DNA from: a virus | Lineage: Duplodnaviria > Caudoviricetes | Direction: 5' to 3' (one strand) | Virus record (IMG/VR): IMGVR_UViG_3300033076_000312 | Span: 1 to 31,215 of that record | Length of the DNA: 31,215 bases | In this document: positions 1-5,887 of the stretch, one piece after another | How the letters are laid out: every line of letters starts with the position of its first letter | How positions within the stretch are numbered: the first letter of the stretch is position 1 | The notes under the pieces: model-generated | What the model was told of the DNA's origin: nothing | Databases searched by the model: none | Seen by the model: only the letters and a program-made list of their open reading frames with translations | Translations under genes and position numbers: made by a program

Positions 1-113
1 TGATCGGCGATGAAGATCGCATGGTGATTGAGGCCATGAGCGAAGATGCTGCGGCCGATTTCTTTGGTATTCAGATTTCGTTTGATCGTGATGATGAAGG
101 AGATGAAGCATGA
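1..113 (+). CDS. 3' end of an upstream gene, truncated by the window; acidic C-terminus
   Basis: Frame open from base 3 (IGDEDRMVIEAMSEDAAADFFGIQISFDRDDEGDEA*). TGA at 111-113 overlaps the next ATG at 110 (ATGA coupling). Confidence 0.6.
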   Translation, partial: IGDEDRMVIEAMSEDAAADFFGIQISFDRDDEGDEA

Positions 114-430
114 AGTATGGGGAGTTCATTTGCGGCGCTTGTGGCGGAGGATACAGCACGGAAGAAGCTGCGCAGGAATGCTACCGCGAATGCATGGGCA
201 CTCGCCCACCGACCGATGTGGTCAATAGCCCGGAGCATTATCGCCAAGGGGGCATTGAGGCCATCGATGCAATTAAGGCGTCAATGACCCGCGAAGAGTT
301 CAAGGGCTACCTGAAGGGCAATGCGCAGAAGTATCTCTGGCGCTATCGCCACAAGGGGAAGCCGGTCGAGGACCTGCGCAAAGCGCGATGGTATCTAGAC
401 CGATTGTTGATCGTGCTTGGCGAAGACTGA
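110..430 (+). CDS. DUF3310 domain phage protein with an N-terminal Cys-rich (possible Zn-binding) extension
   Basis: Signature DVVNSPEHYRQGGIEAIDAI...GYLKGNAQKYLWRYRHKGKPVEDLRKARWYL. N-terminal CGAC...CYREC. SD GGAG upstream. Confidence 0.9.
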   Translation: MKYGEFICGACGGGYSTEEAAQECYRECMGTRPPTDVVNSPEHYRQGGIEAIDAIKASMTREEFKGYLKGNAQKYLWRYRHKGKPVEDLRKARWYLDRLLIVLGED

Positions 431-434
431 ATAG

Positions 435-461
435 AAAAAGAGGGCCGCTTGGCCCTCTTTT
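435..461. terminator. Bidirectional intrinsic terminator
   Basis: AAAAGAGGGCC-gctt-GGCCCTCTTTT, a perfect 11-bp stem with A/T tracts at both ends, directly after the DUF3310 stop. Confidence 0.85.
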
Positions 462-467
462 AGTTTG

Positions 468-738
468 GTGCACGGTTTGAGTGTGGCCGTGCATGGTTGG
501 TGCACGGTTTGGTGCACGGTTTAATGGCGGAAATCAGCCGATGTGCACGGAGTGCACGGTTTGTTGAAGTTCATGACAGTATAAATGTGTTAAGACGTAA
601 ACCATATCAGCTTAACTGCTTTACATGGGGTATTGCAGCACTAAACCGTGCACTCCGTGCCCGAGCCGCAGAAATCCTCACTTTTTCCGTGCACCAAACC
701 GTGCACGAACCATGCACGGAGGGTGTTAAACCGTGCAC
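468..738. repeat. Mirror-symmetric array of 6+6 GTGCACGG(TTT)-like motifs around an 80-bp AT-rich core; candidate replication origin
   Basis: Forward copies start at 468, 489, 500, 512, 543, 552. Reverse-complement copies start at 643, 654, 687, 696, 708, 728. Core 563-642 has 30 G+C in 80 by hand count. The repeat is certain; the origin function is inferred. Confidence 0.85.
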
Positions 739-765
739 GGATTTGAGAGGCCGACAAAAAGACAC

Positions 766-1284
766 TCATTCGTCGCCATACGGATTGGGCAAGTCATCCG
801 CATCAAGGTTATGGGAGCCGACTTGTTTAATCGGTTGGGCCTCTAGAATGATGGGCTGTTGGTGGCCTGCACTGTCGCCAATGTTTAGTTGGCGCAATGC
901 GTCCAGGTGAAGCTGGTTCACGTTGACGTTGACTTGGGCTTGAGTCGGTGAGGACTTATACTTGTCGGGGTTGGTCACGCCGGCCAGCCACTTGCGAGTT
1001 TCGATCTTGAGCCTGTCAGCGTTGGCGTTGAGGTTGTCGGTCTGGTCCGCGATGTCCAGGCATTCATCCGCCCATTGATCCGCCGCCAGTGCCCGCGCTT
1101 GGGCGAACCGCTCTTGCCGATCAGGGTCTTTCTTGATCCAGTGATAGAGCGATAGGTTGCTGATGCGCAGTTCCCGCGCCAGCGCCGCCATTGTCAGGCC
1201 GCTTGCGACCTTTTCGAGCAGCGTCTGTTCGCCGATCTTGTCTAAGTTACTGGCGATGGTTCGCCGCTTGATATGTCCTGCCAT
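766..1284 (-). CDS. terS: Terminase small subunit (Sf6 gp1-like)
   Basis: N-terminal HTH (GLTMAALARELRISNLSLYHWI), FAQARALAADQWADECLDIAD helix and RLKIETRKWLAG..NPDKY motif typical of Sf6-type TerS. SD AGGTG. Confidence 0.8.
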   Translation of the reverse strand: MAGHIKRRTIASNLDKIGEQTLLEKVASGLTMAALARELRISNLSLYHWIKKDPDRQERFAQARALAADQWADECLDIADQTDNLNANADRLKIETRKWLAGVTNPDKYKSSPTQAQVNVNVNQLHLDALRQLNIGDSAGHQQPIILEAQPIKQVGSHNLDADDLPNPYGDE

Positions 1285-1294
1285 GTTTCACCTG

Positions 1295-1384
1295 TTAGGT
1301 TGTCAGATATGAGCCGAGATATACCAGCCACAGGAAGAGGTATATCCCGGCCACAAGTTTAGCGTCTCTAGCGTGGTTGGTCAT
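1295..1384 (-). CDS. 29-aa single-pass membrane peptide (not in ORF track)
   Basis: MTNHARDAKLVAGIYLFLWLVYLGSYLTT*. ATG overlaps the upstream TGA (ATGA at 1381-1384). Confidence 0.6.
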   Translation of the reverse strand: MTNHARDAKLVAGIYLFLWLVYLGSYLTT

Positions 1385-1464
1385 AGGTAAGCCCAGGCCA
1401 ACCAGAGGGTGATCGCCACAACCCATGCTAAAATCGTTTCTAAGCGTCCCTCAGCGTGTTTCAT
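1381..1464 (-). CDS. 27-aa single-pass membrane peptide (not in ORF track)
   Basis: MKHAEGRLETILAWVVAITLWLAWAYL*. ATGA overlaps at both ends. Confidence 0.6.
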   Translation of the reverse strand: MKHAEGRLETILAWVVAITLWLAWAYL

Positions 1465-1643
1465 GGCGTTGCCCTAGTCACACCTAGGACAGAGACGAGA
1501 AGGCGCTCTACGGGCCTTGAAATCGATCTCTGACCTGATTCGTAATACTGGACAGCGCGGAGCGTTACGCCCAGCGCCGAAGCTAGGGCAGATTGCGTCC
1601 ACCCTAGCTCTTCGCGTGCTGCTTTAAACTCGGCCGGCGTCAC
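1461..1643 (-). CDS. XRE-family helix-turn-helix regulator (60 aa)
   Basis: (M)TPAEFKAAREELGWTQSALASALGVTLRAVQYYESGQRSI. GTG start overlaps the upstream TGA; SD GAGGGG. Confidence 0.85.
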   Translation of the reverse strand: MTPAEFKAAREELGWTQSALASALGVTLRAVQYYESGQRSISRPVERLLVSVLGVTRATP

Positions 1644-1846
1644 AGTAGGAATCCCCTCGCCTTGCAAGCTTGGCGCATATGGTCGCGGGACCATCCCCAA
1701 ACTTTAGCCACCGCCGAATAGGATTTGATCTGCTGCACAAGCTTTGCGTCTAGCTCCCGGCGCTGCTGCTCCAGCGCATCGAGGGCGCGGAAGATGCTGG
1801 CCGAGTCCATGCAAATTTTGTCTGCGTCTGCTTTGGTCTTATCCAT
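1640..1846 (-). CDS. Hypothetical protein (68 aa, helical)
   Basis: MDKTKADADK... start at 1846 with SD AAGGGGA; packs tightly with neighbours. Confidence 0.7.
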   Translation of the reverse strand: MDKTKADADKICMDSASIFRALDALEQQRRELDAKLVQQIKSYSAVAKVWGWSRDHMRQACKARGFLL

Positions 1847-2093
1847 TGCGCGTCCCCTTGTAGGATTCAATCTCTGCCCGCATTGATACAGCCGCGCCAA
1901 CAGCCAGCGCCATGCGGTCGCGATGCTCTTTCAATTCCTGGTCTTGCTGCTTGATGCTCAGGCGCAAGCCCTCCAATCGTTCACCAAGCGCCACGCAAAG
2001 CTCGACGTTTGGATTATACCGGGCTTCTTCGATCAGAGCCTGGGTGCCAAGTGCGCGATAATCGCAGCGATCTTTTCCGCCGATGATAGTCAT
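1839..2093 (-). CDS. Hypothetical coiled-coil protein (84 aa)
   Basis: MTIIGGKDRCDY... preceded by SD GAAAGGAAAG. Confidence 0.7.
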   Translation of the reverse strand: MTIIGGKDRCDYRALGTQALIEEARYNPNVELCVALGERLEGLRLSIKQQDQELKEHRDRMALAVGAAVSMRAEIESYKGTRNG

Positions 2094-2094
2094 G

Positions 2095-2250
2095 TTACTT
2101 TCCTTTCTGCTTTTCGAGTAATATCCGCACAATTCTAGGATGCTCTTCTGCGATGGTGTCGCGAAGCATATTGCTTCCCGCGATCATTGACAGGCGGAAC
2201 AATCGCTCCCGCTCAATGATTGCGCTTTCCGATAGGAATCGATTAGCCAT
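2095..2250 (-). CDS. Hypothetical protein (51 aa, not in ORF track)
   Basis: MANRFLSESAIIERERLFRLSMIAGSNMLRDTIAEEHPRIVRILLEKQKGK*. Fills the gap with 1 nt spacing on each side. Confidence 0.65.
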   Translation of the reverse strand: MANRFLSESAIIERERLFRLSMIAGSNMLRDTIAEEHPRIVRILLEKQKGK

Positions 2251-2251
2251 G

Positions 2252-2419
2252 TCAGTCTTCGCCAATCAATTCGGCATATTCTTCCGCCAATTGGTCGTCT
2301 GTATAGTTTGACGCATAACGGGCTGCGATTGTTTCGCGGGCGATTTCTTCAAGGTGCTGGGTGTTAAGATCGGCCATCCAGCATTCAACAAGATCATTAA
2401 TCATTTCTTCGCGTGTCAT
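2252..2419 (-). CDS. Small acidic protein (55 aa, not in ORF track)
   Basis: MTREEMINDLVECWMADLNTQHLEEIARETIAARYASNYTDDQLAEEYAELIGED*. 15 D/E versus 3 R and no K. SD GGAAAGGGAAG. Confidence 0.7.
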   Translation of the reverse strand: MTREEMINDLVECWMADLNTQHLEEIARETIAARYASNYTDDQLAEEYAELIGED

Positions 2420-2496
2420 TATCTTCCCTTTCCAATTAGGCCATCAGCCAATGCTGGCCCGCCTGATTGCGGAAGCGGGCCAGTGGGGGCGGGTGG

Positions 2497-2712
2497 TCAA
2501 TACGCGCCGTATAGACCTGCACGTGCGTCGAAGTAGCTATCGACCAGCATCTTGCCGCGTGGCTTGCCGTCACGTCCAAAAACCTGCCAGTATAAAACGC
2601 CTAGGTCGTTGTGATCGACGCAGCGATGCTCGACACCATCGATACGGATAACAGTGCCAAGCGCGGCTTGCGCTTCCGCAATCGAGCGGCACTTTTGGTT
2701 TAGATAAGCCAT
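2497..2712 (-). CDS. Hypothetical protein (71 aa)
   Basis: MAYLNQKCRS... with SD AAGAAAGGAAAG. Confidence 0.7.
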   Translation of the reverse strand: MAYLNQKCRSIAEAQAALGTVIRIDGVEHRCVDHNDLGVLYWQVFGRDGKPRGKMLVDSYFDARAGLYGAY

Positions 2713-2726
2713 GTTTCTTTCCTTTC

Positions 2727-2849
2727 TTACAAACTAGCAGCGATGCAGGCTTCATCGCCGGCACAAGCTTCACGGGTATCGGACTCGATAAGATACCAGG
2801 CGATCAGGATTGCGATGATTGCAGCGATAATGCGGTGTGGTTTGGTCAT
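2727..2849 (-). CDS. 40-aa membrane-anchored peptide with a C-x5-C tail (not in ORF track)
   Basis: MTKPHRIIAAIIAILIAWYLIESDTREACAGDEACIAASL*. SD AAGGAAGG. Confidence 0.65.
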   Translation of the reverse strand: MTKPHRIIAAIIAILIAWYLIESDTREACAGDEACIAASL

Positions 2850-2853
2850 GGTG

Positions 2854-3039
2854 TTACCCTTCCTTATTTGCATAGTTGGCGACGAATGCGTTGCAGCGGC
2901 TATATTCGCGGGGGGAGAGGAAGATTGCGGAGTGATCGATTGCTACGTCAAGCCGGGCAAGGCGATCATCGAACGGAATATTGTGGCGTTCAAGGTTAGC
3001 GGCGTAACGTTCGAACGCTGCAAGGTTAGCTAGTCGCAT
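2854..3039 (-). CDS. Hypothetical protein, first gene of the leftward operon (61 aa)
   Basis: MRLANLAAFERY... with SD GGAG upstream of the ATG at 3039. Confidence 0.65.
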   Translation of the reverse strand: MRLANLAAFERYAANLERHNIPFDDRLARLDVAIDHSAIFLSPREYSRCNAFVANYANKEG

Positions 3040-3070
3040 GGTATTGCACTCCATTTGCTTCGATGCCCAA

Positions 3071-3110
3071 ACGATATGCGAACGCTGTTCGTATGGTCAA
3101 GAACTTTTTT
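3071..3110 (-). promoter_or_regulatory. Sigma70-like leftward (early) promoter with a palindromic operator in the spacer
   Basis: Minus strand AAAAAAGTTC-TTGACC-N18-TATCGT. The spacer carries ATACGAAC-agc-GTTCGCAT (3076-3094). Confidence 0.6.
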
Positions 3111-3522
3111 CGCTTGCCCTTCACTTTTTTCGTAAGTGACTGACATTGCACCAATCTTTTTGCATTTGCCCGGTGAAGACACACCGAAACAGAGCAGCGC
3201 TCTAGCGCGCCTCTGACCCGATTTGCCAAGCCCGTAAAACAGCTTAACACCATTTACCCTTTGCAAAGTATTGGAAATCAAAAGATATCTTATCTGTGCG
3301 CGCCTGGGCGTAGGGGCGCCATGCAAAAAATACCCCCCCCGGCCCCCGCCAGTCGCGGGGGGTGGCGTGCGTACAACCTGACAGACACCAATCCACGGCC
3401 GAAAACCCTCTACCCCGGTCTCTTGCAAAACGCGGCCCCTCGAAAAATTTTATAATTTTCTGGCTTGATTAGTGTTAAGCTGCTTGATACAGACACGCCT
3501 TAACAGCAACTGGAGTGAGAAA

Positions 3523-4194
3523 ATGGCAGTTTACGGTTACACCCGCGTCTCGACAGAGGACCAGGTCGAGAACACCAGCCTCGAAGATCAAGCCCGCCAG
3601 ATAAAAGGCATCGCGCTTACGCACGATCTGGAGCTAACCCACATCTACGAAGAGAAGGGCGTATCCGGCGCTGTCCCACTCCTGCGCCGAGAAGAGGGCT
3701 GCAAGCTCGCATTCCTTCGCCAAGGCGATACGGTCATAGTATCGAAACTAGACCGTATGTTTCGCGATGCAAGGGACGCATTGAATGTCATTGGCGATTG
3801 GGAAGAGGCCGGGATTAACCTCATCATCAATGGCTACGGAAACGTGATGGACCAGAGCAATCCCCACGGCCGGTTCATGCTGGAGATCATGGCGGTCTTT
3901 TCGGGCGAAGAGCGTCGTCGCATTCGTGAGCGCGTCCTCGCCGGACGGAAGGCCAAGAAGGAAGCCGGCGGTCACGTCGGTGGCAACCCGCCGTTTGGCT
4001 ACGACAAGGTTGGTTCGGGCCGCAACGCCCGACTGCGCGAGAACCCCGAACAGCAAGACGCAATCACGACGATGAAGGTTGCTCGGCTCAAGGGCTATAG
4101 TTTCCGCGACATTGAATCTATCATTAAGAAGCGGCACGGCCTAGAAGTAAGCCACGTATCGATCCGTCGTATCCTTAAGGAGCGCAACCTGTGA
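3523..4194 (+). CDS. Serine recombinase, resolvase/invertase (PinR-like) family, 223 aa
   Basis: YGYTRVSTEDQ with the catalytic Ser, EKGVSG, VSKLDRMFR, E-helix, GGNPPFGY and a C-terminal HTH-like segment. SD GGAG before ATG 3523. Confidence 0.92.
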   Translation: MAVYGYTRVSTEDQVENTSLEDQARQIKGIALTHDLELTHIYEEKGVSGAVPLLRREEGCKLAFLRQGDTVIVSKLDRMFRDARDALNVIGDWEEAGINLIINGYGNVMDQSNPHGRFMLEIMAVFSGEERRRIRERVLAGRKAKKEAGGHVGGNPPFGYDKVGSGRNARLRENPEQQDAITTMKVARLKGYSFRDIESIIKKRHGLEVSHVSIRRILKERNL

Positions 4195-5678
4195 CCACCG
4201 CCAAGACGAAGAACCCTAGCCGCGCAGCCAAGGCCGCGAAGGAAGCGGCCGACCTGATGGCGCAGAACACGAAGCAAGAGCCAAACTTCTTCCTGTCGTT
4301 CCTGAAAAAGTATCGTGACGATCCGGTCGGGTTCGTGCGGGACATCCTGCGGACCACGCCGGACCCGTGGCAGATCAAGTTCCTAGAATCGATTCGAGAT
4401 GGCCATCGCCGTATCTCGGTACGTTCCGGCCACGGCGTCGGGAAGTCCACCGCCGCATCCTGGGCGATGCTTCATTACTTTCTCACCCGCTATCCGGTGA
4501 AGGTGGTCGTCACTGCGCCGACATCGGCACAGTTGTTCGATGCGATGTTCGCGGAACTGAAGCGATGGGTGAATGAACTGCCGGATATTCTCAAAACCTT
4601 GGTCGAGGTGAAAAGTGATCGTATCGAACTTAAAGCGGCACCTAGCGAAGCGTTCATCTCTGCCCGAACCTCCCGCGCCGAGACGCCTGAAGCCCTCCAG
4701 GGTATCCACGCCGACAACGTTCTACTGGTGGCAGACGAGGCATCAGGTATCCCTGAGTCTGTTTTCGAAGCGGCTTCTGGCTCCATGTCTGGCCATAGCG
4801 CAACCACTCTCTTGCTTGGGAACCCGACCCGAAATACCGGCCTATTTTATGACACCCACAACCGCCTGAAGGGCGAGTGGAAGACGTTCCATGTAAGCTG
4901 CGTTGACAGTCCGCGGGTGAGCGAAGCCTTCGTCAACGAAATGAAGCTGCGCTACGGCGAAGACAGCCCGGCCTATCACGTCCGCGTTCTGGGTAACTTC
5001 CCGCCGCGTGAAGAAGATACGGTCATTCCGGTCGAACTGATCGACAGCGCGATGAACCGCGAGATCAAGATCGACGAGAACGCCACGGCCGTCTGGGGCC
5101 TCGACGTTGCGCGTATGGGCAGCGACGCCAGCGCACTTGCCAAGCGCCGGGGTCCGGTCATCGAAGAGGTACAGACCTGGAAAGGTCTCGACCTGATGCA
5201 GCTAACCGGCGCTGTGGTGGCCGAGTATGAGGCGCTCCCGCCGAGTAAGCAGCCAGTCGAAATTCTCGTTGACTCTATCGGTCTTGGCGCTGGCGTTCTC
5301 GACCGTCTGCGCGAACTGGGCCTGCCGGCGCGAGGGATTAACGTTGCCGAAAGCCCGGCAATGAAGGGGACCTACGCCAACTTGCGCGCCGAACTGTGGT
5401 TCAAGTGTAAAGCCTGGCTGGCCAACCGCGACGTGAAAATCCCGAAAGATGAGCAGTTGTTCGCCGAACTGGCGGGTCCGCGCTACACATTCACTTCTTC
5501 GGGCAAAATGCAAGTTGAAAGCAAAGAGGCGATGAAGAAGCGTGGACTCGGAAGCCCGGACAAAGCAGACGCCGTGTGCCTTTCCTTGGCCACCGATGTA
5601 GCAACCGCCATGTACGGCTACTCTATGACGGGCGCTTTTAAGGGATCGCTCAAGCGGAATATCCGCGGCGTTGTATAG
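4191..5678 (+). CDS. terL: Terminase large subunit
   Basis: PDPWQ adenine-binding motif, Walker A RSGHGVGKST, Walker B LLVADEASG, LGNP, nuclease WGLDVARMGSD and SPDKADA. Start is GTG 4191 or ATG 4257. Confidence 0.95.
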   Translation: MTTAKTKNPSRAAKAAKEAADLMAQNTKQEPNFFLSFLKKYRDDPVGFVRDILRTTPDPWQIKFLESIRDGHRRISVRSGHGVGKSTAASWAMLHYFLTRYPVKVVVTAPTSAQLFDAMFAELKRWVNELPDILKTLVEVKSDRIELKAAPSEAFISARTSRAETPEALQGIHADNVLLVADEASGIPESVFEAASGSMSGHSATTLLLGNPTRNTGLFYDTHNRLKGEWKTFHVSCVDSPRVSEAFVNEMKLRYGEDSPAYHVRVLGNFPPREEDTVIPVELIDSAMNREIKIDENATAVWGLDVARMGSDASALAKRRGPVIEEVQTWKGLDLMQLTGAVVAEYEALPPSKQPVEILVDSIGLGAGVLDRLRELGLPARGINVAESPAMKGTYANLRAELWFKCKAWLANRDVKIPKDEQLFAELAGPRYTFTSSGKMQVESKEAMKKRGLGSPDKADAVCLSLATDVATAMYGYSMTGAFKGSLKRNIRGVV

Positions 5679-5680
5679 TG

Positions 5681-5709
5681 TTGCACGTCGATAAATTTTA
5701 ATATAGTTT
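5681..5709 (+). promoter_or_regulatory. Sigma70-like promoter immediately after terL
   Basis: TTGCAC-N17-TAGTTT with an AT-rich spacer. Confidence 0.5.
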
Positions 5710-5715
5710 ACCCAG

Positions 5716-5839
5716 ATTGCTCCTGCGGTGTTTCCTTTCCGCTGCGGTTGAGCGGTGTATCGTGTGGTCCGCACTCCCCCTCGATGCACAACCTAACGGG
5801 GGTCGGTCTTCTCTCCAGGGCCGGCCCCCGTTTCCTTTT
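5716..5839 (+). ncRNA. Candidate ~124-nt small RNA of three stem-loops with pyrimidine-rich (anti-SD-like) loops
   Basis: SL1 5717-5755, loop UUUCCUUUC. SL2 5755-5789, loop contains GCACUCCCCCU. SL3 5795-5832, loop CUCUCC, followed by UCCUUUU. The non-Watson-Crick stem pairs are G-U only on the + strand. Confidence 0.55.
5795..5839 (+). terminator. Intrinsic terminator (third hairpin of the candidate sRNA)
   Basis: AACGGGGGTCGGTCTT-ctctcc-AGGGCCGGCCCCCGTT then TCCTTTT. Confidence 0.7.
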
Positions 5840-5887
5840 AAATAAAATCCGTGTATAAGTCGCTTCCAAGTGGGCTGAGGGGCTTGC

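Noticed and set aside
468-738. CRISPR array interpretation of the GTGCACGG repeats
   Set aside because: Units are only 8-11 bp, irregularly spaced and in both orientations; no 25-40 bp unique spacers.
497-910. 137-aa ORF and the 300-494 minus ORF across the repeat array
   Set aside because: Their VHG/CT repeats merely translate the DNA motif; no SD; they overlap the terminator or terS antisense.
2425-2452. Hammerhead-like CTGATG...GAAA on the minus strand
   Set aside because: Reads CUGAUGG rather than CUGANGA, stem II is minimal, and I could not form stems I and III with an NUH site.
3076-3094. LexA box (CGAAC...GTTCG)
   Set aside because: The spacer is 3 nt, not the 4 nt of the Gram-positive box, and it is not the alphaproteobacterial GTTC-N7-GTTC direct repeat.
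3026-3455. ORFs of 64-132 aa in the divergent intergenic region
   Set aside because: They cross promoter and homopolymer tracts, lack convincing SDs and have no protein-like motifs.
3234-3505. CtrA boxes (TTAA-N7-TTAA)
   Set aside because: Only half-sites or N5/N6 spacings were found here and at 587-624.
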